Assembly (NCBI RefSeq): GCF_006345805.1 | Contig: NC_043025.1 | Span: forward strand, 13,578,001-13,642,000 | Length of the DNA stretch: 64,000 bases | Source of the DNA: Octopus sinensis | Lineage: Eukaryota | Direction: 5' to 3' | In this document: positions 49,389 to 61,176 of the stretch, in pieces | Position numbering within the stretch: the stretch's first letter is position 1 | How the letters are laid out: the number at the start of each line of letters is the position of its first letter | Translations under genes and position numbers: made by a program | Notes under the pieces: model-generated | Database searches by the model: none | The model's input: only the letters and a program-made list of their open reading frames with translations | What the model was told of the DNA's origin: nothing

Positions 49389-49785
49389 ATCTTTATATAA
49401 GAGTGAAGTTGTGTGTCTGTCTCCTACGATTTAGATTCGTAACCACTCCCACATTTTGTGGTGCAGTTTAACCAAAAGCGGGTATCTTATAGTCGTGATT
49501 CATATCGAGCCCTTCTGGGTATTAGCGCGCGTCTACGATGAGTCTACGATTTAAAAAAAATTTACCATCATATTTTTCCATTTTAATGCATTTTTTTCGC
49601 TTTTATATAAGGGAAGTAACTCTCTAAAAATATCTACGATGTGTCAACGATTTAAAAAAAAATTTACCATAATTTTTTTTCAATTTTTAATGCATTTTTT
49701 TGCTATTTTTTGGCTATAACTCTCTAAAAATGCTTATATAGTTATTTCCCTTACAACCCGAGCAACGCCGGGTGATACTGCTAGT
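49389..49785 (-). mobile_element. Helitron-type non-autonomous element
   Basis: Reverse complement of the 22454-22851 type. Confidence 0.72.
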
Positions 49786-49794
49786 ATATATATA

Positions 49795-50000
49795 TGTGTG
49801 TCTGTGTTTTTCTCCCCAACATTGCTTGACAACCGACCCTGGTGTGTTTACGTTCCCGTAACTTAGCAGTTCGGCAAAAGAGACCGATAGAATAAGTACT
49901 AGGCTTACAAAGAAAATATCCTGGGGTCGATTTGCTCTAATAAAGGCAGTGCTCCAGCATGGCCACAGTCAAATGACTGAAAGAAGTGAAAGAGTAAAAG
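49795..50000 (+). mobile_element. SINE family A tail half
   Basis: AACATTGCTTGACAACC..CCAGCATGGCCACAGTCAAATGACTGAA. Confidence 0.85.
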
Positions 50001-50039
50001 ACTACAGCACAGTTTCTACTTAGCAGATTTTCACCTGTT

Positions 50040-50480
50040 GCATGTAGGAGGCACCATTCAAGCGGGATCGTTACCAGCATCGCCTTACTGACACCTGTGC
50101 TTTTAGCATTTGTAAAAAGATTCGAGCGAGGTCGTTGCCAGTACCGCCTGACTGGCCCCGTGCCGGTGGCTCGTAAAAGCACCCACTACACTCTCGGAGT
50201 GGTTGGCGTCATGAAGGGCATCCAGCTGTAGAAACTCTGCCAGATCAAGACTGGAGCTTGGTGCAGCGATCTGGTTCGCCAGCCCTCAGTCAAATCGTCC
50301 AACCCATGCTAGCATGGAAAGCAGACGTTAAACGATGATGATATATGTGTGAAGGCACATATTATATATATGTATACCACCTGACTGGCTCATCATGCTG
50401 GTGGCACGTAAAAAGCACCCACTACACTCTCGGAGTGGTTGGCGTTAGGAAGGGCATCCAGCTGTAGAAACTCTGCCAGA
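50040..50480 (+). mobile_element. Family D copy plus fragment
   Basis: Modules, GAAGGGCATCCAGCTGTAGAAAC, (GAT)n tail near 50335. Confidence 0.8.
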
Positions 50481-50514
50481 TCAAAGTAAAGTATTATTCA
50501 GTATATCATATTTA

Positions 50515-51640
50515 TTCGCCTCATCTGGCACCCGTGCCGGTGATACGTAAAAGCACCATTCGCTCGTGGCCATTTGCCAGCTCTGCCTGGCGCCGTGTCG
50601 GTGGCACGTAAAAGCACCATCCGTTCGTGTTCGTTGCCAGCCTTGCCTGGCCCCGTGCCGGTGACACGTAAAAGCACCGTCCGTTCGTGGCCGTTTGCCA
50701 GCTCTGTCTGGCCCCGTGTCGGTGGCACGTAAAAGCACCATCCATTCGTGGCCGTTTGCCAGCTCTGTCTGGCCCTGTGTCGGTGGCAGGTAAAAGCACC
50801 ATCCGTTCGTGTCCGTTGCCAGCCTCGGCTGGCCCCCGTGCGGTGACACGTAAAAGCACCGTCCGCTCGTGGCCGTTTGCCAGCTCTGTCTCGCAACCGT
50901 GTCGGTGGCACGTAAAAGCACATCCGTTCGCGTCCGTTGCCAGCCTCGGCTGGCCCCCGTGCCGGTGACACGTAAAAGCACCGTCCGTTCGTGGCCGGTT
51001 GCCAGCTCTGTCTGGCCCCGTGTCGGTGGCACGTAAAAGCACCATCCATTCGTGGCCGTTTGCCAGCTCTGTCTGGCCCTGTGTCGGTGACAGGTAAAAG
51101 CACCATCCGTTCATGTCCGTTGCCAGCCTCGGCTGGACCCCGTGCCGGTGACACGTAAAAGCACCGTCCGCTCGTGGCCGTTTGCCAGCTCTGTCTGGCA
51201 ACCGTGTCGGTGGCACGTAAAAGCACCATCCGTTCGCGTCCGTTGCCAGCCTCGGCTGGCCCCCGTGCCGGTGACATGTAAAAGCACCGTCCGTTCGTGG
51301 CCGGTTGCCAGCTCTGTCTGGCCCCGTGTCGGTGGCACGTAAAAGCACCATCCGTTCGTGTCCGTTGCCAGCATCGCCTGGCCCCGTGCCAGTGACACGT
51401 AAAAGCACCATCCATTCGTGGCCGTTCGCCAGCTCTGTCTGGCACCTGTGCAGGTGGCACATAAAAAACACCCACTACACTCGCGGAGTGGTTGGCGTTA
51501 GGAAGGGCATCCAGCCGTAGAAACACTGCCAGATCTGACTGGGCCTGACGAAGCCTTCCAGCTTCACAGACCCCAGTTGACCCGTCCAACCCATGCTAGC
51601 ATGGAAAGCGGACGCTAAACGATGATGATGATGATGATGA
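50515..51640 (+). mobile_element. Family D element with about 16 tandem 61-bp modules, mostly alternating two variants
   Basis: TAAAAGCAC anchor every 61 bp or so from 50548 to 51461, then body and (GAT)n tail. Confidence 0.93.
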
Positions 51641-51654
51641 TGATACATAATAAT

Positions 51655-54022
51655 AATAATAATGAAATTATTGTATACAGTGCTCAGGTGCATCACAACT
51701 TGTCAGAAAGTGCGTATAAAGTGTATGCAGTGATGTAGAAATGTCTGGGAAGTGAACAGTGTATGAGTCAGATACATGCTTGTGTGTGTATGGAGGGGAG
51801 AAAACCAGGTGTAGTGTTGGCGAATCTGGGAAAGCATGGAAGTTTTGAAGGATGCAGTGCTCCGACAACTAACAACTGTTGCCGGCAGTTTGTTCCATGC
51901 TTCAGCGTGTGTATGGAGGAGAGGAGATCAGGTGTAGTGTTGGCGAATCTCAGGAAGCATGGAAGTCTTGAAGGATGCAGTGCTCCGACAACCAACAACT
52001 GATGCCGGCAGTTTGTTCCATGCTTCAGCGTGTGTATGGAGGGGAGAAAATCAGGTGTAGTGTTGGCGAATCTCAGGAAGCATGGAAGTCTTGAAGGATG
52101 CAGTGCTCCGACAACTAACAACTGTTGCCGGCAGTTTGTTCCATGCTTCAGCGTGTGTATGGAGGGGAGAAAGCTCAGGTGTAGTGTTGGCGAATCTCAG
52201 GAAGCATGGAAGTCCTAAAGGATGCAGTGCTCCGACAACTAACAATGATGCCGGCAGTTTGTTCCATGCTTCAGCGTGTGTGTATAGAGGGGAGTAGATC
52301 AGGTGTAGTGTTGGTGAATCTCGGGAAGCATGGAAGTTTTGAAGGATGCAGTGCTCCGACAACTAACAACTGATGCCGGCAGTTTGTTCCATGCTTCAGC
52401 GTGTGTATGGAGGGGAGAAGATCAGGTGTAGTGTTGGCGAATCTCTCAGGAAGCATGGAAGTTTTGAAGGATGCAGTGCTCCGACAACTAACAACTGTTG
52501 CCGGCAGTTTGTTCCATGCTTCAGCGTGTGTATGGAGGAGAGGAGATCAGGTGTAGTGTTGGCGAATCTCAGGAAGCATGGAAGTTTTGAAGGATGCAGT
52601 GCTCCAACAACTAACAACTGATGCCGGCAGTTTGTTCCATGCTTCAGCGTGTGTATGAAGGGGAGAAGATCAGGTGTAGTGTTGGCGAATCTCTCAGGAA
52701 GCATGGAAGTTTTGAAGGATGCAGTGCTCCGACAACTAACAACTGTTGCCGGCAGTTTGTTCCATGCTTCAGCGTGTGTATGGAGGAGAGGAGATCAGGT
52801 GTAGTGTTGGCGAATCTCAGGAAGCATGGAAGTTTTGAAGGATGCAGTGCTCCGACAACTAACAACCGATGCCGGCAGTTTGTTCCATGCTTCAGCGTGT
52901 GTATGGAGGGGAGAAGATCAGGTGTAGTATTGGCGAATCTCAGGAAGCATGGAAGTTTTGAAGGATGCAGTGCTCCAACAACTAACAACTGATGCCGGCA
53001 GTTTGTTCCATGCTTCAGCGTGTGTATGGAGGGGAGAAAATCAGGTGTAGTGTTGGCGAATCTCGGGAAGCATGGAAGTTTTGAAGGATGCAGTGCTCCG
53101 ACAACTAACAACTGATGCCGGCAGTTTGTTCCATGCTTCAGCGTGTGTATGGAGGGGAGAAGATCAGGTGTGTAGTGTTGGCGAATCTCAGGAAGCATGG
53201 AAGTTTTGAAGGATGCAGTTGCTCCGACAACTAACAACTGTTGCCGGCAGTTTGTTCCATGCTTCAGCGTGTGTATGGAGGAGAGGAGATCAGGTGTAGT
53301 GTTGGCGAATCTCAGGAAGCATGAAGTTTTGAAGGATGCAGTGCTCCAACAACTAACAACTGATGCCGGCAGTTTGTTCCATGCTTCAGCGTGTGTATGG
53401 AGGGGAGAAGATCAGGTGTAGTGTGTTGGCGAATCTCAGGAAGCATGGAAGTTTTGAAGGATGCAGTGCTCCGACAACTAACAACCGATGCCGGCAGTTT
53501 GTTCCATGCTTCAGCGTGTGTATGGAGGGGAGAAGATCAGGTGTAGTTGGCGAATCTCAGGAAGCATGGAAGTTTTGAAGGATGCAGTGCTCCAAAACTA
53601 ACAACTGATGCCGGCAGTTTGTTCCATGCTTCAGCGTGGTATGGAGGGGAGAAGATCAGGTGTAGTGTTGGCGAATCTCAGGAAGCATGGAAGTTTTGAA
53701 GGATGCAGTGCTCCAACAACTAACAACTGATGCCGGCAGTTTGTTCCATGCTTCAGCGTGGTATGGAGGGGAGAAGATCAGGTGTAGTGTTGGCGAATCT
53801 CAGGAAGCATGGAAGTTTTGAAGGATGCAGTGCTCCGACAACTAACAACTGATGCTGGCAGTTTGTTCCATGCTTCAGCGTGTGTATGGAGGAGAGGAGA
53901 TCAGGTGTAGTGTTGGTGAATCTCAGAAAGCATGGAAGTTTTGAAGGATGCAGTGCTCCAACAACTAACAACTGATGCCGGCAGTTTGTTCCATGCTTCA
54001 GCAACTCTAAGCGTGAAAAAAT
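51655..54022 (-). repeat. CR1 3' end amplified as 18 tandem units of about 123 bp, then 3' UTR and (ATT)n tail
   Basis: GTGTAG anchor at 51809, 51932 ... 53905; unit encodes AEAWNKLPASVVSCRSTASFKTSMLPEIRQHYT*, homologous to 55000-55110. Confidence 0.95.
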
Positions 54023-54744
54023 GGTGTATTATATTCATTCAAGTGCCTAGCAGTGCTATTTACTGCATGCTGTTGTAATTATCATTATTACGTCCGCCTT
54101 AGCGAAGACGGAGGTATTGTTTTCAGTTGTATTTGTTTGCTTGCTTGTCTGCCCCTGGATAAGATATCTCAAGACCCTAGCAGTTTGGCAAAAGAGACCG
54201 ATAAAATAAGTACAAGGCTTTTAAAAAAAATAATAATAAACGAATCCTGGGATCGGTACATTTGACTGAAAGGCCCCCGAGGTCATGCTCCAGCATGGCC
54301 GCAGTCAAAGTACTAAACCAAGCAAAAAAATATAGGATAAAAGATATATACGCACCCACCCGCCCATCCACCAATCCCCAAACATTCTGCTCTTTGTGTA
54401 TCCAAATGGGTCCCCATTCCAGATCTTCAAATATATTTTTATGACCCAGATACGAACAGACTCCATCATTAACCTGACAAGACCATTGAAAAGTGGAAAC
54501 CAGAACTAATGTGTTTCACATGAATGCTATAGTGATTTCTGTTTGTTCAGAACCATAGAAAACCTACACTGGTTTATTATTATTGTTTTCCTTCTTTCTT
54601 AAAATTTTCTTTCGTTTCTCGTTGAATGTCTTCCGTACACCTAGGGCAGAGAAGCTCATTGTATGCATTCCCAGATTACACACGCAAATTCACAGGTAAA
54701 ATATGTATTTAAAAATTTAATAAATAAATAAATTCATGGATGGA

Positions 54745-54918
54745 TGGATGTTTTCACAGCGATAGTGCTCTTCTCAGTACACGAGCCGTTCCAGTTAACA
54801 CGATTTTTTGCACTTCCTGTAAGGATGGTAAGCCTGGAATCATTTTCAAATAGGTTTCAGTACCTTTTTTTATCATTCCTAGAGATCCTACAATCACTGG
54901 TACTGTAGACGCCTTGAG

Positions 54919-54920
<2 letters not shown>
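54745..54920 (-). pseudogene. RLE-type (R2/R4/NeSL/HERO group) LINE C-terminus, distal part
   Basis: LKASTVPVIVGSLGMIKKGTETYLKMIPGLPSLQEVQKIVLTGTARVLRRALSL*. Confidence 0.8.
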
Positions 54921-54950
<30 letters not shown>

Positions 54951-57104
54951 TGTGTACAGTGCTCAGGTGCACTACAACTCATCTAAAGTGTATATATAAT
55001 CAGGTGTAGTTTCGGCGGATTTCGGAAAGCATGAGGGCCTTAAAAGATGCAGTGTCATGGCAGTCAACAACTGACGCAGGCAGTTTATTCCATGCTTCAG
55101 CAACTCTGAGCGGGAAAAAATGTTTCCGAAAGTCATGGGAGCTGTATTGTTTTCTGACTTTGTAGGCATGTCCACGTGTGTTAGACACATGGAGATCAAA
55201 AAGGTGTTCAGTGTGTGTTGTTGGTGAGGTGGTTGATAACTTTGTGGGTGTTTACCAAGTCCGTCGCCAAACGCCGGAGCTTCAGTGAATCCATGCCCAG
55301 GGAAACAAGGCGCTCAGAATATGGTAGGTGTCTGATGGAGGGTATGCGTTTGGTTGCACGTCTCTGGACAGATTCCAGGAGGTCAATGTTCTGTGCAAGA
55401 TAGGGGTTCCAAACTGATGATGCGAATTCCAAGTGTGGTCGTACCATAGCTGTATACAGTTTTAAATAGATGGCTGGAGAGCGGCTAACAAAAGACTGCT
55501 GAGTGATGCCAAGACACCCTCGGCCTTCCTGACAATCTTAGAGATATGCTTTGACCAACGCAAATCACTGCTGACAGTGATGCCTAGGTCACGCTCGCAA
55601 GAGGATTTCTTGATATCAGTGTTGTGGAGGGAGTAGTGTGAACGCAGGGTTTTTTCTCCCAAAATGCATGGGGTACACTTGTCCACAGCCAGTTTCAGTT
55701 GCCAGTCTGTGATCCATTGCTGCATTGTGTCTAGGTCTGATTGCAGGAAAGAGTTGTAGACATCAGGATCTGTCCTCTTGATTTCAAGGTACAGCTTGAT
55801 GTCGTCTGCATATTTCAATACTGTGGCATTCTTTAAATTGGCATCTATGTCGTTAATGTATGCCACAAACAAGAGGGGACCAAGGACAGATCCCTGTGGT
55901 ACACCCGATGACATCTCATATGGTGTAGAGTGCTGTCCTAGAACTGTGACTACCTCCTTTCGGCTGAGGATGAAGGATTTCAACCAGTTAAAAAGGTCAT
56001 CCCCCACACCCATTGCAGAGAGTTTCACCATAAGCCTTTTGTGTGGCACAGAGTTGAAAGCCTTAGCAAAGTCAAGGTAGACAACATCCACCCATGAGCC
56101 ACTGTCAGTAATCTGAGTAATGTCCTCAAGGAACTCGACAAGCTGGTCACTGCAGCTGGAGTTAGGGACAAATCCATATTGTGAGGGTCGGATGAGACTG
56201 TGAGAGCTCCAGAAGTTCCAGAGTGTTTCTCTGACACACGATTCCATCAGTTTTGCAATACAGCTAGTGAGACTGACTGGGCGATAGTTGACAGGTGATG
56301 TGCGGTCCCCTTTTTGAACAGAGGAATGACACTGGCAGTTTTCCACTGCTCCGAGAGTAGCACCATTGTTGAGACAGTACTGGAAGAAAATAGAAAGCTG
56401 GTGTAAAAGGAAGTGCCTGCCACGTTTGAGAAGCAGGTATGTAACTCCATCGAGACCAGGGGAGCCATAGTTGCGCTTATTTTGAAGGTGACGTCGCAGC
56501 ATTGCAGGTGTAAATTCCATAGTTGTTATGGAGTTTGCTGTTAGTGATGGTGAAGATGGTACATTTTGACTTTCAACAGTGAATATGTTTGCATAGTACT
56601 CGGCAATGAGTTCTGCGCATTCCTTGGGGTCGTCAGTGATCTGGTTTGTGTGAGGGTTGCGAAGAGGGCCCACTGGACAGTGAGGTCTCTGCTTCGAATG
56701 CACATATTTCCAGAAAACCTTGCTGTCAGGATTGGCTGCTATGCACTGTTCAAATTCAAGCACTGCTTTTTTTGTCACTTGCTTGAGAAGGTTGGAGGAT
56801 TTATTCCGCTTCTTCCTGTTGGTGTCTGTCTGATTTATGCAACCTGTATTCCCGTTCAGCAGTCCGACGTTCCCTCCTGGCAAGTCGGACCGCTGAAGTT
56901 TCCCAAATTGCCCTTTTGGGGCGGTTCTTCTTTTTTTGTTTACGTGGCACAGATGCTGCACATGCTGCCCATATTGAGTCCAGGATACTCTGGAGTATAG
57001 TATTCACATCTCCAGAGTTGTAGAATTCACGCCAGTTTGGGTGCTGTAGTTCAGTGTGGTACAGGTTCCAATCTGCTCTCTTCCAATCGAAGGAAGCAGA
57101 TTGT
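54921..57104 (-). mobile_element. 5'-truncated CR1-clade LINE, frameshifted ORF2 reverse transcriptase
   Basis: NYRPVSLTSCIAKLMES, YLDFAKAFNSVPH, SGVPQGSVLGPLLF, YADDIKL, ERDLGI, VRPHLEFASSVWNPY, LESVQRRATK, AWNKLP; (ATT)n tail. Confidence 0.96.
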
Positions 57105-57235
57105 AGATGCCACATTTTTTCAATTTCTATTAGCAGGTCTTTATAATTACTGATCTTGTCAAATTCTTTTGATGCTATATTGTGATCGCAAGGAATACTC
57201 ATGTCAATTAATAAACACATCCCTTTTGTCTGTAT
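57105..57235 (-). pseudogene. RLE-type LINE endonuclease segment, proximal part, split from 54745-54920 by the CR1
   Basis: CLLIDMSIPCDHNIASKEFDKISNYKDLLIEIEKMWHL continues directly into KASTVPVIVG. Confidence 0.8.
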
Positions 57236-57384
57236 TATTATTATTATTATTATGTATTTTTGGTGGTAGGTTTATTGTTTTGCATTTTGTGCTGAGTGTC
57301 ATCTCACAAAATCATGTTGGCCTAAACTTTGCCGAGTGGATTTGGCCAATGGGAACTGGAAGAAGCTCATTGTGTGTGTCATCA

Positions 57385-57870
57385 TCATCATCATCGTTTA
57401 GCGTCCGCTTTCCATGCTAGCATGGGTTGGACGGTGCAACTGGGGTCTGGGAAGCCAGAAGGCTGCACCAGGCCCAGTCTGATCTGGCAATGTTTCTATG
57501 GCTGGATGCCCTTCTTAACGCCAACCACTCCGTGAGTGTAGTGGGTGCTTTTTACGTGCCACCTGCACAGGTGCCCGACAAGTCTGGCAAACGGCCACGA
57601 TCGGATGGTGCTTTTTATGTGCCACCTGCACAGGTGACAGACAAGTCTGGCAAACGGCCACGATCGGATGGTGCTTTTTATGTGCCACCTGCACAGGTGA
57701 CAGACAAGTCTGGCAAACGGCCACGATTGGATGGTGCTTTTTATGTGCCACCTGCACAGGTGACAGACAAGTCTGGCAAACGGCCACGATTGGATGGTGC
57801 TTTTTATGTGCCACCTGCACAGGTGACAGACAAGTCTGGCAAACGGCCACGATTGGATGGTGCTTTTTAC
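57385..57870 (-). mobile_element. Family D element with 5 tandem 61-bp modules
   Basis: GTGCCACCTGCACAGG anchors from 57556 to about 57802. Confidence 0.92.
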
Positions 57871-58562
57871 GTGTGTGGTAAACTTTTTGGACCTAAAAAA
57901 AAGAACATATGAAGGCAATATTAAAAGCCATTGTGCGAACTACCAGTCTTCTTTCCGACATGTCGATCAAAACTAGGCCCCTACATCGGCTGGCCATGTC
58001 TGGGATCTGAAGACCAAAATGACTGCTACATTTCAAGGGGAAGAATTATGGAGAAATTTATGCCATATAGAAGTGGATCAAAATTGGTGCAAGTTATGCA
58101 GAGCTGAAAGCTCGCAAATCTTTTTTAGGTTCAAGAATTCTCTCTAAGAATAATCTAAAAGAAAGGAGGGGAAAGTCTGTGAGATAACTACTCATTCCAG
58201 AGTGGGTGGTGTCGTCCGGTTCAATGAAAGGAATTTGTCCATGTGGTTGCATTTGCTAAAATTTTCTGATCTGGAGTTAAGTATCCATATGTAGTGTGGT
58301 AAAATTTTCTCGGACCTCAAAAAACAGAACATGCGAAGGCAAAGTTAAAAGCTGTTATGCAAAATACCAGTCTTCTTTCCGACATGTCAATCGAAACTAG
58401 GCCCCTACATTGGTTGGCCATGTCTGGGGTCTGAAGACCAAAATGACCACTACATTTCATCGAGGGGAAGAATTGAGAAATTTACGCCGTTTTGAAGTGG
58501 ATCAAAGTTATTCATAGCTAAAAGCTTGCAAATCTTTTTTAGGTTCAAGAATTCTCTCTAAG
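57870..58562. repeat. Diverged direct duplication of about 280 bp (period about 415 bp)
   Basis: TACCAGTCTTCTTTCCGACATGTC..GGTTCAAGAATTCTCTCTAAG twice. Confidence 0.85.
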
Positions 58563-59383
58563 TCTATCTCTGTCTGTCTGCTTGTCAGTCAGTCAGTTTG
58601 TTTACAGCTCTTCATCTGTTTCTCTCTTTATCTCTCTCTCTCTCTCTCTACTGCTTTTTATTTCTATCTCTCTATCTTTCTCTATCTCTCTCTTTACTGC
58701 TGTCTGACGTCGTTGTCTCTCTCCCCCTCTCTCTCTGTCTTTTTCTTTGTGTATATTTCTTTATCTCTCTCTCTCTGTCTCTATATCTATTTCTATTTTT
58801 CTAGTCATACAAATACTCTCTCTCTCTCACACACTCACTCAGTCTCACACACATACACACACATACTCACACATACACATACTCACTCACACACACACAC
58901 TCATGCACACACTCACAAACACACACACATACTCTCACACATACACACGCACGCACTCTCTCACACACTCTTACACACATACACATTCTCTCTCACACAC
59001 ACATACACACCCACCCACACACTCTCTCTCTCTCACACACACATACACATTCTCTCACACACACACATATACACACCCACCCACACACTCTCTCTCTCTC
59101 ACACACATACACACCCACCCTCTCACTCTCTCACACACATACACACACTCTCTCTCTCTCTCTCACACACATATACACATTCTCTCTCACACACACATAC
59201 ACACCCACCCACACACTCTCTCTCTCTCACACACACACGCACATATACACATTCTCTCACACACACACATACACACCCACCCTCTCACACATGTAGTTAT
59301 TAATGTCTATCTTGGGAAAACCCAAAATAGCCCCAACATAAACCACAAATCTCATTTCCCTCGTCTCCCCTTTTCCATTTCAG

Positions 59384-59518
59384 GTGCCTTTCTCATCCCT
59401 TTCTTCCTAATGTTGATCATTTGTGGAATCCCTTTGATGTACATGGAACTAGCCATCGGTCAGTATACGCGGCAAGGCCCTATCGGAGCCATTGGCAAGC
59501 TCTGTCCATTTTTTAAAG
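59384..59518 (+). CDS. ine: SLC6 ine-like transporter, coding exon 2 (TM2)
   Basis: TTTCAG/GT GCC..; (G)[44 protein letters not shown](G); 135 nt, donor GTAAGC, phase 1-1. Confidence 0.97.
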
Positions 59519-59676
59519 GTAAGCATTTTCTCCTTTATGGGTCCTTGGGTCCTCGTTATGTGAAATGTATTTACTCTTTTGCCATTCAGCTGTCTTAGTC
59601 CTTGGACTATGGCCATGCTGGGGCACCACCTTGAAGGGTTTCGTCAAACAAGTTGACCTCTTTATTTTCTTGTACT

Positions 59677-59960
59677 CTTTTACTTGTTTCAGTCATTTGA
59701 CTGTGGCCATGCTGGAGTACCACCTTTAGTCGAGCAAATCAACCCCAGGACTTATTCTTTGAAAGCCTTATTCTATCGGTCTCTTTTGCCGAACCGCTAA
59801 GTTACGGGGACGTAAACACACCAGCATCGGTTGTCAAGCGATGTTGGGGGGACAAACACACAAATATATACACACACACATATATATGTATGTATGTATG
59901 TAAGGTGCCACGAACCCGAAACCATGAGGTTGGGAAATAAGCCTCTTAACCACGCAGCCA
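59677..59960 (-). mobile_element. SINE family A, tail plus decayed head
   Basis: Tail consensus then AAGGTGCCACGAACCCG..CACGCAGCCACT. Confidence 0.85.
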
Positions 59961-60295
59961 CTATTCCAAACTAATTAACACTCTTTAAATGAATGACAGA
60001 GATAGTAATTACCTTGATTTAGCTCTTTACCTGTTTAAACCAGTTGGACAGGTATGTTTATTTACATATTTGCTCCTTGTATAAAAGGTAGCCACCTGAT
60101 ATGTCCTGTTCTACCCCACCACTGTCCTCACAGTCCACCCTCGTGGCCTTCAAAACCACCCTGCACCCTTCCTCACCATCTGCCAAACACTGTGTTTGGT
60201 TAAATATTTGTTTTCCTGCCTCTGAAAATTCTGTGTCAGCATTTTGTGGACAGAATTCGACTGATACAAGCCATTTGTGGAGGTTCTCTGTGTGT

Positions 60296-60498
60296 GTCAC
60301 AGGAACCAATGGGATGTCAGCTTTGGTTGGTCACATGAACCAATGGAATGACAGTCTTGGTCTGTCACATGAGCCAATCAGATGACAGCATTTGTTGGTC
60401 ACATGAACCAATGCGATGACAGCTTTTGTTGGTCATATGATCCAAGAGATGACACCCTTGGTCAGTCACAGGAACCAATGAAATGAAACCCTTGGTCG
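60296..60498. repeat. 34-bp degenerate minisatellite, 6 copies (GTCACATGAACCAATG.GATGACAG...)
   Basis: Unit starts at 60296, 60330, 60364, 60398, 60432, 60465. Confidence 0.9.
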
Positions 60499-60711
60499 GT
60501 CTGTTTCCCATTCTGGCATGAGTTGGACTACTTGACATGGGCTGGCAAGGCCGGAGGGCTGCACCAGGTTCCAGTCATCTGTTTTGGCATGGTTTCTATG
60601 GTTGAATGTCTTTCCTAACACCAACCACTTTACAGAATGTACTGGATGCTTTTTACGTGGCACTTGCACAGGTGTTTGTTTATGTGGTACTAGCACGGCT
60701 GCTTTTTATGT

Positions 60712-61015
60712 GGCACTTAGCCTAGCGGTTAGAGCGGCAGACTCACGGTCGAGGGATCGCGGGTTCAAATCTCAGACCGGGCGATGTGTGTGTTTATGAG
60801 CGAAACACCTAAGCTCCACGTGACTCCGGCAAAATGTAATGGCGAAACTTCTGCTGACTCTTTCGCCACAACTTTCTCTCACTCTTTCCTCCTGCATCTT
60901 GCAGCTCACCTGCGACGGACCGGCGTCCTGTCCAGATGGGGAACCTATACGCCAAGGAAACCGGGAAACCGGCCCTAATGAGCCAGGCATGGCTCGAGAA
61001 GGAAACAACCAGCAT
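60712..61015 (+). mobile_element. SINE family E, full length (3' fragment also at 10120-10245)
   Basis: tRNA-like head AGCCTAGCGGTTAGAGCGGC..GGGTTCAAATC; 3' GACGGACCGGCGTCC..GGGGAACCTATACG. Confidence 0.8.
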
Positions 61016-61176
61016 GGCTGTTTTTTATGTGCCACTGGCATGAGCTCTCTTTTGGTGGTGCCAACCTGGATACACAGGTCCTTTTTACATGATGCCTTCA
61101 CTGCTTAACAACAGGTGCTTGCGTCCCTGTAACTTAGTGGTTCAGCAAAAGAGACTGATAGAATAAGTACTAGACT

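Noticed and set aside
55462-56961. 499-aa ORF as an intact, active reverse transcriptase
   Set aside because: Frameshifts near 56330 and 55480 and downstream, and 5' truncation without the endonuclease domain; a dead copy
58713-59598. 283-aa and 196-aa His/Thr-rich ORFs overlapping exon 2
   Set aside because: Only 59384-59518 is bounded by splice sites and SLC6-like; the rest is CA/CT microsatellite
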